Positions 12,668-26,851 of a stretch of DNA of 64,000 bases are shown one piece after another. The notes beneath the pieces were generated by a model that saw only the letters and a program-made list of their open reading frames with translations, ran no database searches and was not told the origin of the DNA. Positions within the stretch are counted from its first letter, which is position 1. Every line of letters starts with the position of its first letter. The stretch lies in NCBI GenBank assembly GCA_951406725.2, contig OX597819.1, forward strand, positions 116,250,001 to 116,314,000. The letters run 5' to 3'. A program made the position numbers and the translations under genes. The stretch is from Octopus vulgaris (taxonomy: Eukaryota).

Positions 12668-13577
12668 TACACAGTGTGCAATGTGTAAATTGTCGCCATG
12701 TAACTATTTTATATATATATATATATACATATGCATACATGATATATACATACATGCATATATACGTAGATACTAACCTACCTACCTACCTACCTACCTA
12801 CCTACCTACCTACCTACCTACCTGCATACAAACATACATACATACACACATACATACAAAAATACATACATACATACATACATACATAAAACATACACCT
12901 GTCATTATCCTCTAAACAAATGCATTTGTGGGTTTTGATTATTTTATTTGCTTTTCAATATTTTGATGTGAAATCGTGTATCAAAACTGATTTTGTCGTG
13001 TCGTGGGCGGACAAATATTGCAACGAGGAAAAACAAGCATTATTTCGATTTCACTTCTTTTAGTGAAATGATTAACCATTTCAGTTACTAATCGATTGTT
13101 TGATTGATCGATCGGTGAATGAATCGGCTGCGACATGGTCATGTTTATTGGAACTACATCTGAAGGAGAATTAGACCATGCGTTTGGGAACGATGTGAAC
13201 GATGCTCAACTTAGAATTAAAATAGCAGAGTTCTATTTACAAGACGCCTGGTGTGGAGAGGGTATGTAATTGATGAGGTCGTGAAAGGTGATGAAATACT
13301 TCGATGAATCTAGGTGTCTGATTGAAGACTAATCAATCAATGACGAATAATGAAACAATCGATTAGAAAATTGGTTCATTGGTTGAGAAATAATGTTAAA
13401 ATTTAAAAAAGCAGCGTTCGTGAGTATTATTGATATCATGACCCTCCCAAAATACAACAAAAGACATTAATGCATACAGGAGCATGGTAACTGGAATACA
13501 TATGCACACTCAAAACTGATGGCTTTGTGCCAAACTAAAATGATTCATTATCGTTAATAGTATTTGGCAGAAACAAG

Positions 13578-14190
13578 GCAGTGAGATGGCAGAAACGTTA
13601 GCACGCCGGACGGAAGGCTTAGCAGCATTTACGTTCTGAGATCAAATTCCGCCGAGGTCGACTTTGCCTTTCATCCTTCGGGATCGATAAATTAAGTACC
13701 ATTTGCGTAATGAGGTCAATCCAATCGACTGCACACCCCCTTCCCAAAACTTCGGGCCTTGTACCTAGAGTAGAAAAGATTATTTAGCAGAAACGAGGCG
13801 GTGAGCTAGCAGAATCTTTAGCCCGCCGAGCAAAATGCATAGCAACTTTTCGCACGTTGCTGCGTTCTGGGTTCAAATTCAGCCGAAGTTGACTTTGCCT
13901 TTCATTCTTTCGCTATCGATAAACTAGATAGCCGTTGATGTAATCAACTTATTCCCTGTTCCCAAATTCCTGTCCATGTGGCAAAATACGAAGCCATTAT
14001 TTCATAGAAACATTAGCGCGTAAGACAAAATTATTTCATGTGTATTTCTTCCGAAATTTTGGAGTTCAAATGTCGCCGAAGTTGACTTTCTATTTCAGCC
14101 TTGCGGCGTAGATAAAGTGGGTACCAGGTGAGCACTGGGCTCTATGTAATCGACTAGCTTCGTCCCCAAAACATTTCACACATCGTGTCT
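13578..14190 (+). mobile_element. Three tandem Nin/Deu-like SINE copies
   Basis: Heads at ~13578, ~13797 and ~14005, each followed by a GTTCAAAT-like box, then GACTTT and a TTTCA motif. TATTT(G/A)GCAGAAAC precedes the first two copies. Confidence 0.8.
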
Positions 14191-14815
14191 AAATTAGTTC
14201 AAACGAATCTATCAACTTACTAATGTGTATCCAGTAGTAAGAGCATTTCCACTGTATGATAAACTCAGATACCCAGAAATGTGAACGAGCTTCGTATAAA
14301 AATTCTTCAAGGTTTCTACCAGAATTTTATTTAACAATATTATGTGTGTTTCTGTGTATGTGTGTGTGTGTGTGTGTGCATGTGTGTGCGTGTGTGTGTG
14401 TGTGTGGTTTTCGTCTGACAAATCCACTCACAAATCTTTGTTCAGCCGGAGGCTATAGCAGAAGCTGCTTACACAAGTTGTCATGAACCTGGTCCATGTG
14501 GTTGGGAAGCCAGATTTTTACAAAACAGCAACCTTTGTGTGTGTACACACACAAACACACACACACACACAAACATATATATATGTATATATGTGTGTGT
14601 GTGTGTGTGTGTCTGTGTGGTTATGCGTGTGTGTTTATATATATATATATACACACACAAACACACACACACACATATATTTAGGCATTAAAAAAACAAC
14701 GTAAAGTGGCTAAGAATTCTAATCACTTTTTCTATATTCGTAATATATGACCTACATATATATAGAGAGAGAGATAGATAGATATACATATACATATATA
14801 TACACACATATATAT

Positions 14816-14872
<57 letters not shown>

Positions 14873-15876
14873 TAAGGAAAATTTTTTTAAAAATGCAGAA
14901 TGCTCAAATGAAGAAAATTTTAATAAAATGATCAATATAAAATATATATTTATTCAACCGGTGGGGTTTTAAAAAAAATTAGAAAGGGGAAAAAAAGAAA
15001 ATTGCATTGTTTTTTGTAAAAGAATAATGATAAAAATGTACAAAAATTAAAAAATAAGTTCTCCGATACATTGTGAGTTCGTTGTGTATCTTGAGTTTTA
15101 TGGTTGTTTACGAAAAAATTACCTTGAGGTGTTAAGATCCAAAGGGATTAAGAGCATGTGTTGTGTTGTGTTGTTAAATTCATATATATATATGCATACA
15201 CTTATGTATGTGTGTGTTTGTGCGTGCTAACGTAAAAACATATTGAATGACAAACATCTACGCAGGCGCATACACATATAGACACATATACAAACACATG
15301 TATATAAAATATAAATTTCTTTGTGACCGCCTATAAATTTATTTGGCTGCAATCGACATTTTGTAATTTTTCTTTCGAACGAGTTTCTCGTCTAATTATA
15401 GGTGTATTATTTCTATCACATCACAAAACAATTCTATACAAAGAGAAAGCCTTCCTTTCGTACATTGTAATAATAATATGTTGGGTGGCTTTTGTTGTCT
15501 CCTCTGATCATTTATTTGGAAATTGATTCATGCTATCATTGTATGGTATTTCTTTTTTTCAAATAGGACAAAAAAATATATTTTGTCTTGCCTGATTTGT
15601 TTCGCTGTTACACATCATAAACAACGCCCTCATTATTATTATTATTACTATTATTATTATTATTATTTGTTTAGTCTTGTAAATTCAATTCTATTCCTTG
15701 TCGATTTACAGGCAACGAGACACTTAATTTTGCAACAAACAAATACATACATGTCCATAAGCGCGCGCGCACACACACACACACGCACACATGTGTATAT
15801 AACTTATTTGATATTCCCACGTATATATAACGCGTATGTGAGTACATATATATGTATATATATGTATGTATGTATG

Positions 15877-15950
<74 letters not shown>

Positions 15951-15951
15951 G

Positions 15952-15982
<31 letters not shown>

Positions 15983-16089
15983 CAAATACATTTATGCATA
16001 TATTAATACCAACAATGTAATGCACACATGAATATACGAGTATATAAATGTATATATATATATATATGCATATATATATATGCATAGAC

Positions 16090-16158
<69 letters not shown>

Positions 16159-16352
16159 CAGCCTCACATATATTTATTTCTTATGCTAATCATTCAGATA
16201 TGGGAAGAATGAAGGAAGTGTGTGTCAAAATACTGAAAGTAGAGCGAATAAATAAATTTGAAATATATATTTTCCATTATTCAGATATTGCTTCGATTTC
16301 CTCGTGCAGAACGTTTATTTACAAACACACACACACAGGCACATACAAATTG

Positions 16353-16400
<48 letters not shown>

Positions 16401-16448
16401 GTCTGTATGTCTGTCCATCTGTCTGTCTGTATGTCTGTCTATCTATCA

Positions 16449-16539
<91 letters not shown>

Positions 16540-18030
16540 CATCTGTGTAGCTATAGCGTTGTTTGCTCGTACAGCATACACGTGATTACGTCTTTTGTTT
16601 TGCTCTTGTATAAATTTTTGTAACTTTTCTATATAACATTTTTTATATATCCGTAGGTTTTGCATCCGCTAGAGTTTAATTGTACTATTCACATTCATTC
16701 ATACCATCCTTTCTATAAATGTATAAAACATACTCCTCACTACTTGAACATTTGTGGATGTATGTACAAGTTTACAATAATTATTTTATAGTAGTGAAAA
16801 TGTATTCAAATGTTTAGAGGTTAATGAAACTGTTCATGAAAATATAGTTCACACACCGTATGATGTTTTATATGTGTTACATTCCTCAAAAGTTATGCCT
16901 GAAATCTCCATATGGACTTATGAAAAACCAAGTCATAACAGAAAGAGTTATGCGAGAAAAAATTATGCATATATTTATGTTAGAACCATTAGTGTAGTTG
17001 ACGTCTGTAACATCTGTCAAAAGTCTCACTGCGTTATTGACGTCGTGGGCATATATTTATTATTAACAATGTATGCTGTACACTTTAACAGATCTTAATC
17101 ACTCAGCTAAATGACAATAAATATTTATCCGGAAGCTCTTTTTCTTACAAATTTTGAAATATTATGGAAGAAGAGATTAGGATCTCTTCTGAAGGAATTT
17201 CCCAGAATCCACACATTGTTTGTCATTTCTATATAACTAATGACTTCTCTGTTTAATCTCTCTTACTGTCTATATGAAGGCGTCCATTAATTTTCTTCTT
17301 CGTTAACTCGATGTTTTATTCGTGTATTTTACTCCCAAGGCCTCACATCCTTTTGAACAAAGCAAATCATACCAGTATTTGCTGAGTAGCTGCAATATTT
17401 GTTACTTTCGTGCCGTCTGTTTGTACACAGTAGTTAGTCAAATTGTAATGTTTATATTTCACTTAAATCTTGAAATAGAATTAATCGACTGTACCCAGCT
17501 TTGTAATGCGTGTCGTCTTGCATTGATGTTCTATTGGAGATAGTAAATCAATAAGTACAATCTAGTTTTGCCACTTCGAAACCTCTTTGAAAATACCAGC
17601 AATACGACTCTGTCATTAGCCCTACCAATCAATGCGTCAATAAGACAATAAGAAAGATCAGCTACCTTTGTCGAAGCAACACACGCTACCCGCGCACACA
17701 CACACACGTATACACAGGTACTCACACATGAACACATATATAATGACATTCTGATCGCACGGTGTTTTCGTATTTTATATTTGAACATGGTTTAAATTGT
17801 GAAAACTGTTTCCTTTGCAAAAATTGAGTTTCCCTGGGAAAAATTGTAAAACTATACATATAAATCAATAAATGGTGGGGTTGTGTTGACCGCACGTGGA
17901 GAAATGATAGGAGACGAAAAATTATAAAAAGGCAGAACGCTAAATTGAAGGTAAGAACGAGTTATTATTTAAAAAATTTTCCATACACCCATTTTTATTA
18001 AAATTTACCATTTTATAATTTTTCCTCTCC

Positions 18031-18102
<72 letters not shown>

Positions 18103-20912
18103 GAAATATAAATGAGGGTAAAATGTTAAAGAAGTGTTCACATCAATATTCGAGAAAGACTGAATGCCGCATATACCCAATTAAATAAGAGAGAATTTTT
18201 AGAGCAACGAACATTATTATCACGTTCATTTCTTCAGTTTGCCGAATAACATCCACTCCAACAATCTTTCCACAAAATGTATGCTTTATATCACTTACAT
18301 TGCAATCTGTCATTTAATATATACTTTATCAAAAATTATTACACACAATAAAACGATTACCATTAGGACCGGCACATTTTAACATTATCTACACCCTTAT
18401 CTTCTTGAAAATATTTGTATAAAATTTTTATTATCTAAATATATGCGGCCGTCTGGCAGTGGACCTTAATACAGGAGAAGTTTCACAACATGAAGTGGAA
18501 TTAAAAGCTGGATTTAAAATAAAGAAATACGAAAAAGAAGAGTCATATATTTCAGATGCTTATTCTTTTTATCTATTACGATGTTCTTACAATTTCTAGT
18601 TGGTAGTAATCATGCGTAGCACTATTTCATTCATTTTAGAAAGCTCATGCAAGATGTAAGATTAATATTGTTAAGTAAAACATTTACGAAGTGAAATATT
18701 TCTTTCAATTAAAGACGAACTAAATCACAGTTTGGCAGAAACTCATACGATGATGTTTTTTCTTCTGTAGATTGTTGGTAGTTTAGTAATGAAGAGGAAA
18801 AGAGAACGTTCAATTTATATTTAAACAACTATTGAAACTAAATGAATTCTGAGAAAGGAACAGATTATTGAAAGATTGAGATAATGCAGGCAAAGGATAA
18901 GAGAAGAAAATGACAGGGAATGAGTGACAGACAAAAGCAGTGGATAAAAAAAAACAGTATCACTGAGGACAAATATGTAAGGTACCTACAGTGTTGAAGA
19001 GAAAATTTACAAATAGGAGGTGAGCAGATAGCATGCGAGCAATGAGTTGATTATATGCGAAAACATTCAGAGAGAAAGAGAGAGAGAGGGGAAAGTGGGA
19101 GGGAGATAGAAATAGAGAGAGATACGGGGAGAGATGGAGAGAGAGATGTGTGACGAAATAGTATGAGGAAACAACACTGGGAAGAATATTATGCACTTGG
19201 AAAACAGTATAATGCATTCTAAGACAACATGAAGAAATAACATTTGATTAATATCAGACGTACAAGTATACCCTACTTATATTGAAATACCTTACTTAAT
19301 AACTTCTCCAGTTTCTGTGCTATCCACCATAAACTACCCCCCGACATTCTACAAATTTGGATCATGCACCCCTTAGCCTCATGTCCAATCACGTCCATAT
19401 ATCTACAGTGAGCTCTGTAAATGCTATTGAAATGAATCTCATCGAACTTAGCTCTGCCTACCATCAATTTTTCTTTCACTTTTCCATCAGTTGTGCACAT
19501 TTCCCGTCTCCTTGTCCCCCGCTTCCTCCACCGTCGGCCTTAATGCTAACTGAAGATTATAGGCAAATGACTTCCACTGAAGACAGCTCTTGTTGCTGTT
19601 CCCTCTTCACATGCAGACGTAGGTGCATAATTTACTCTTTCAGTTTCATATCTTTAAACACTTACTGGTTATGGGAGCATATGAAACGTGAAACGAATCG
19701 CAAAATGGGTGGATTCTGCAAAAATTAGAAGGATGCATTGCAGGGGACTCACTACATCCCATGCACACTCAAATCCTTGCTTTACTGTCTTTGTGCCCCT
19801 GACCATTCCCTCTTCTTTTTCTCTGTCAGCTTGCACAACAAAGTCTTATCAGCGCTTCTAAACCTGTATACTAAATCAGTACTTCTTAGGCAGAAATCCC
19901 TAATCTCTTTTCCCAGTTTGTACTGAATTTATTACATTATCAAAATCTCAATTATCAAAACCTTAATTTTGAAATAAACTCAATCCGTTGTCTCAGTCAG
20001 TATCATAATAATATTCAATTTAATGAAGTAATGTACTTTGATCTATAAATCTATACATCAACGTAAAAATAAAAAAAGTTTCTGTTTGGTGGGTGCGTCT
20101 TATGATACCTGATTAAAAGTATACCAGACTTACCATATCACAGGAAAATCTAACAATTGTTTGAAGCAGATCTCTGATCTACAGAACACTAACCCCTTAT
20201 TACAGCTTTAAGGCTACATATCTCTTCACTAATAATGCTATACAAATGCCAATATTATTTAATGTACCAATGCCGTGAGCTGGCAGAATCGCTAGTACGC
20301 ATTTAGTCAATTCTCACGTTCTGAATTGAAATAGCGCCGCGGTCTACTTTGCCTTTCATCCTTTCGGTGTCGACAAAATAAGTATTAGTTAAGTACTGGG
20401 GTTGATGTAATTTGCTGGCCTTGCGCCGAAATTTGTAACCAATATTAATTATTGTACCAAAAGTGTTAAACAATGCCTAAAAGTTTTGAACATGCAAACA
20501 TTAAATACTTCAAGTCAACCTTATTCCAATACTAATACAGTAAATTTGATTCGACTCATATCAGATTTTAATTGTATATCTGCAGTGTTGACCCCTGGTG
20601 CAACACTTGTTTGTATCTGCGGCCGATGCGTTATACCTGCGGCAATGCAATTAATATATGAATGGCTTCACATGATGTGTTATTAAAGCAATTGAAATTG
20701 TGTAAACAGAATATAATCGTACATCACATCATTACCAAGACAACATATCTTTGTCTCTGGAAAATTAATTAACGATGGCATTAATAATTAATTTGGGTCG
20801 CAGTTTTGTCTATCAGATAACACCGCATTCCTGATACACACTTAAAGTATATAAAATGCAAACGCGTTACAGTGTTGTTTTTTCTAATTTGAGTTTTAAC
20901 GATCTACGATTA

Positions 20913-20950
<38 letters not shown>

Positions 20951-20989
20951 ACACACACACACATACACACATATATATATATATATTAT

Positions 20990-21224
20990 TTGGGTGGCCC
21001 AAAAGTAGATTTGCAGTTATCACATAGGAACTTTAAATTTCTTTGAAAATATTGAATTGCATTTACATTTGTATCTTACCAACTGAAGAGGGAGCTTGAC
21101 AAAATTAGCAAAATTAGCATAGAATAACAGTTTCATATTTGCTTTATAATCAAGATCTAAACTGTTAATATATTAATGTGAAAGAGATATTTGAATAACT
21201 GTAAACCTACATTTGGCCACCCTG
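20990..21224. mobile_element. Tc1/mariner-type MITE
   Basis: TIRs GGGTGGCCCAAAAGTAGATTTGCAGTTA / TAACTGTAAACCTACATTTGGCCACCCTG-TA; no ORF; sits in (TA)n. Confidence 0.75.
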
Positions 21225-21262
21225 TATATATATATATATATATATATACACTCACATATATA

Positions 21263-21298
<36 letters not shown>

Positions 21299-23639
21299 TG
21301 TATGCATGTATGTATGTATGTATGTATGTATGTATGTATGTATGTATGTATGTATGTATGTGTGTATACATGCATATATGGGTAGAGGACGTCGCCAACA
21401 TTAAACAACATGAAATACGAAAACAAATGAGTTCAATACGTAAACAACGAGAGAAATAAATGGAACATAGGACACGTAACATAAAGAATAACCCTTCATC
21501 AGTTGTCGGCTGTCTATCGACCCCTCATTTCAAGTATTGAATGACATGAGTCTTATGAAGTTTTATCGTTTAAAAAAAACAGGCAATGATTTATCAGTTA
21601 TATAACTTATAATGTGCATTCGTAATTTCTAATTAAAGTATAAGGAAATTTTGTTAAGAGTCGGTTAGTCAATATCATTGGTCAAATACTTGACTGGACT
21701 TTGCTTTATTTAACTCGAAAAGAAAGAACGGCAAATATGACTTTGGCGGGATTTGAACTCAGAACGGAACAAATAAAGCAAGTTAACGGTTCTGCCAATC
21801 CCCCATACTGCACCATCTATAATCCGGATTATTCAGATCTATTGTTATTGTTACTGACGCCGTTTAACTCCCGATCAACCTTGATTTAACTGGGCTATTC
21901 TCAAAATTGTATTTTCCAGACCTAGTATATCTATATAAACATGATACAACAAGTCTTTTTCCTTCTCTGTTTCTTATTGAACGATTTAGGAACATTTGGT
22001 TGCTATATCTAGCACGTTGAATGGCCGTCTAAAGGCTCCCCATTAATATTCGCGATTGGATTAGGATATTGCTACTAAGGTACATGTTTGATTCACTAGA
22101 AACTATAAAATCCAATTAAATGAATATCGAAACTACACAGACGTCAATATATTTGATAAGTAACAGTCCACACTCACTCTCTAAAAAATTCCCATGACTA
22201 GCCAAACAGAATCAATGTGAAACAACATAAGTAGTTTGATATCCAATACTCACCTATTTTTCTGAAAATAATAAATGGCAATAAACATTTTTATCAGCTA
22301 GTTTTGAATTAGAACATATGAAAGATGGAGAAAATATTTTAAAAAATATATTATTACCGATGAATAATTATTAATTACAATACGTGTATATCTCTCCGTC
22401 TATATCCATACATATATTCACCTCTATAATTTTCTGTCTTTTTGTGGATAATACATATGAAAGGAAGAAAATGACTTTGAGAAAGTTTTATTTCAGAGAA
22501 TCAATAACACTCAAACAGCTGTAGCTTAAGTAATGCGAATATAGTGGTCAGAACACATAATCAATGAAGACAACCACTTAAGTGAATTTTACTACAATAA
22601 CAGCATATTATCACGTCTAGCTTGGGTCATAATGTAAATAGCTAAGTAAGAATTAACAGTAGGTAGAGGTTAGTTGAAAATATCTTGCTGATAGAAATCA
22701 ATTCGTTTGACTTAATCGATTTTTTTCCCTCCTCGAATTTTATATTGATAGGAAGCAAAACGTCTGCACTTGGAATTGAAACATGAGCTGTCTTTTAGGT
22801 TTGATAAAGGCATACTTAAAGATTTAAATGAATGTGACAAGAGAAATAGGATCTGTCGAAATAGTATATAATGTAATGCATTGTTGCAAATAAACTGTAT
22901 AGAGGCGTTGTTTTTAAGGTGATTGACTGAAAGTGCTGAACGTTTTACATGTTTTATATCAATGTTCTGAAGCAATACCCTTAATACTACTCTACCACTG
23001 GAATTGAAACTTACATTAACTTTCCCTTCGTAATCTGTAAATCACAGAAGTGAAAACAATTTCGCAACATCATCATCAACACCTTAAACAGTTACTGCTG
23101 TATTATATGTTTGAAACAATATTTTCGTGCAAGAAATATAATAATGCATACGTTGAAAACATCAGTTCTCTATATATCGCCGATCTTAATAAACATCATA
23201 TTCACAGAATATTAACGTGGCCGAACGTTTGGTGTAAGCTAAGTATTTTCTTCCGTTATTATTATACAAGTAGCATTGACATGTCATGAGAGCTGTGCAT
23301 TTGGATTCGGTTCTGTTATATTACTTGCAGATAAAATGTACCCAAAGAGTCAATCAGTAAAAAAGTTAAAGATAATTATGTTGGACAAAAAGTAAATAGA
23401 ATAAAGACAAAAAAGAAGGAAAACAGAAAAATGTATCTGGCCAGGAAGTTATACAAACTCATACATATTTTGGCCTTAATCTTTCCTCGGCATTGAATCA
23501 TGACATTTAAAGTACTTTGCATTCTAACCGGGAAATAATCAGTGCAATATCAGAGTTTATAGCACTGAAAGTTTATACGTTTACAGGGTCATATAAAAGA
23601 ACCTTTCAGAGAATCAGACAGCTGCTGCTGCTGGCAATG

Positions 23640-23695
<56 letters not shown>

Positions 23696-23696
<1 letters not shown>

Positions 23697-24241
23697 CAGT
23701 ACCAGGCAGTGGCTCTCATGGCTTCTGATCTTAACTGATTGGAAGTGTTAACATGTACATTGTTTTGTCTTGGTATAAAAGATGGGCTACAGCAAATATT
23801 CTGCTCAATACCACAGATCTGCTTGTCAGTTGTTTGACCTTAACCAGTTGAGCATGTCCCTTAGTGGCTCACGATATGTGCATCTCTGATCACGAGCAGA
23901 AGTAGTGGGGGAGCATCATAGCCATGTGTTGAGAGGTATGCTTTGGGGTTTGACTAGTTCACCTCTGGAAACATGGGTGGTTCTTTCAACATCCTTAAAC
24001 AACCCTTATTCGAGGACCGTTTGAGCGGGATGGGCTACTCAACCTGAAGAAAATTCTAACTGGGCCCCACCTGCAAGGTCATGTGCTGTTTATCTTGATA
24101 TGAGATCACCATGTCGCGCACATATGGTTGTGATGCATGTGCCTGGTGTACCTTTATCAGACGGGTAGTCATGATGGGTATATTGGGCTTCGTATATTTT
24201 ACCCCAGTGTCACTTTGATGGCATGAACTGCTCTCTCACTC
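23696..24241 (+). mobile_element. ~550-bp non-coding interspersed repeat inserted in (TAA)n, copy 1
   Basis: Highly similar to 58953-59479 and 63566-64000; (TAA)n on both sides. Confidence 0.85.
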
Positions 24242-24254
24242 AATAATAATAATA

Positions 24255-24572
24255 AAATAGAGGTAACTATAAAACTTTCAAAATACAAAGACCTGGAAAT
24301 AGAGGTAACTAGAATGTGGAATCTAAAAACAGAAACAATTCATATCATTAGGCATGATAAAAAATATTCAGACAAATACAGAACAAAAACTCCAGGACTT
24401 ACAAACACATATAACATACAGAAAATTGCACTACTAGGCACTGCACACATCCTACTCAAAACACTTTCAATACAGTAACCATAAGAGCATCACAAAAAAT
24501 CACAGCACTTACCCAAGGCACACAGAGCTGCGCTCGGTAGTGAAGTGAAAGCACGTTATAAAAATAAAACTA

Positions 24573-24575
<3 letters not shown>
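24255..24575 (+). mobile_element. R4/Dong family B, 3' end
   Basis: KYKDLEIEVTRMWNLKTET plus a 3' UTR matching 59535-60235; in (TAA)n. Confidence 0.88.
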
Positions 24576-24633
<58 letters not shown>

Positions 24634-24637
<4 letters not shown>

Positions 24638-25857
24638 CCTGGATTTACCTACCCGACACCTACCTGAAAAACTCTGAGGACTGGATGTTAAAACTTGTCT
24701 CAAAACATGAAAACAAGAAAGCATCATACTCAGTAACAAAACAGGCAAATGAATATCTAAGTGAATTCCGAATACAACAAATTTCGGAATTAGAGATAGA
24801 CATACAAGAAACAGGCACAGAAAAAGCTAAGCGCATGAAAACCCGTGCTAAATCTGCGGCCTTAGATATTCTGAATGATAAATGGCAAGAAAAACCTCTC
24901 TATGGCAAATACCCAAAGAGAGCAAATAGTGCAGATGTTGACAAAGCCCTGACACATCAATGGCTAATGGCCTCTGGCTTAAAATCTGAAACAGAGGGGT
25001 TTATCATAGCAGCTCAAGATCAATGCCTACCAACAAGAAACTACCAGGCCAACATATTAAAGATCAGAAGCAGTCCAACGTGTCGTGTATGCAAGCAACA
25101 AAATGAAACCATTGACCATGTGGTCTCCAAGTGCAGTCTTCTAGCGCCTACAGAGTATCTCAACAGGCACGATAGAGCTGCACAATGTATTCACTGGGTA
25201 ATCTGCAAAAAACTGGATTTGCCCCATGAAAAAAACTGGTGGGAACACAAACCACCCCCAAGTGCTTGAAAATGACCACATCTCACTCCTCTGGAACTTC
25301 ACCATTCAAACTGACAGAAAGATAGATGCAAATAGGCCAGACATCATATTGAAAGACTTCAAACAAAGAACATGCCTCCTCATTGATATGACTGTCCCAA
25401 TCGATATAATTGTATCTGTCAAGACCTACCAAAAACTGAGCAAATATAAAGATCTTGAAATAGAAATCAGCAAAATGTGGAACCTGAAGACTAAAACAAT
25501 ACCTGTTGTCATATGTGCCCTGGGAATGATAGCAAAAGGGGCTGATAGCTACCTAACTCAGATACCAGGAAACCCAAAAAATGGCAGAAATTCAAAAGAT
25601 AGTGCTCATGGGAACTGCTCATATCCTACGCAAAATACTTTCTATGTAATCTCAAGGTTTAAAACAAACATAATTTTCGGTTTACAAAAAAAAAAAAACA
25701 ACTTTTTTTAGACATTCATTAGTACACCCCCCCAAAAAAAAATATATGGCACACTAGGCATAACAACAACATGAACTTCCAACCCTGTTGTCTTTTGAGG
25801 TCTCTGGGTGAGACTTGGAGCCAACTTGTACAAATATAAAGCAAAAGTCAAACATAG
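24634..25857 (+). mobile_element. R4/Dong family C, 5'-truncated (CCHC knuckle + RLE)
   Basis: CRVCKQQNETIDHVVSKC, RHD, RPDIIL..LLIDM and KLSKY; (TAA)n on both sides. Confidence 0.9.
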
Positions 25858-26274
25858 AATAATAATAATAATAATGATAATAATAATAATAATGGTGTTT
25901 GTATTTAGATTCCAAGTATTCCACCTGATTGTCATTAGGCTTGAGAGTATAGTTTGAAGAAATGAAGAGGAGAGAAAATTTCATTATATGCGAGGTGATA
26001 GCTTGAATAAATTAACAAGTTTTAAAAAGAAAAACATGCTTAGAACAATCAATGGCGAGAACTTTATATTGAAGACACAAGCGTCTAAGCAACGTTGCCT
26101 GAAATGCTGCACATTATACAACGTATCACGCATGGATGAGGTTGTGGAGCAAGGGGAAATGAAATGTTTTGGTTAAGAACTCAAAGCACCACCGGTATAT
26201 GAATTGAAATCACGATCACTCGAGTGAAACACTCTAACCACTAGGCCATGCGTCCTCAATAATGATAATAATAA

Positions 26275-26780
26275 GATAGGTGATGGTATAAATTGTATGA
26301 ACATGAGCATAGTAATGTACTAGAAATGAAGAAATATAAGATGTGGGAATTTAACATTCAGACTGACAGAGTAATAGCAACTAGAAAGCCTCATGTAGCA
26401 GTAGTAGATAAAGAGAATAGAAAGTGCCAGATAATTGACTTTACAGTCGCAAATGATGAAGAAACCAATATGAGAGATATAGAAAAAATAGCAAACCGCC
26501 AGGACCCAGCCATTGAATCACATAGATTATGGAAAGTGCGAGTAAAATGTTACCCAGTAGTTATAGGTGAATTGGGAACTATCCATAATGATGTGAACAG
26601 ATGGATAGAGGAAACAGGCATAAAACCCAGTTTAGTACAGTTGCGGGAAACATTGTTATTAGAACAGTTAGGATACTTAGAAGGGTTGTTGGCATCTAAT
26701 CTTACTTGTTGTTTTCCGATGTTATAATTTTTTTCTTTTCCAACATTCTAATCTGTCGTGTGTATATGAATATAATAACA
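26275..26780 (+). pseudogene. Diverged R4/Dong RLE 3' fragment
   Basis: ORF 26293-26727: MWEFNIQTDRVIATRKPHVAVVD..IIDFTV..LWKVRVKCYPVVIGELG; TAA flanks. Confidence 0.75.

Positions 26781-26850
<70 letters not shown>

Positions 26851-26851
<1 letters not shown>

Noticed and set aside
17907-18032. Short inverted repeat beside (TA)n; a similar one at ~13067-13380
   Set aside because: Arms are short and AT-rich, and could not be classified.
21380-21560. Minus-strand CTGATGAAGGG in a TA-adjacent element
   Set aside because: No downstream GAAA with closing stems, and a type II parse also fails.
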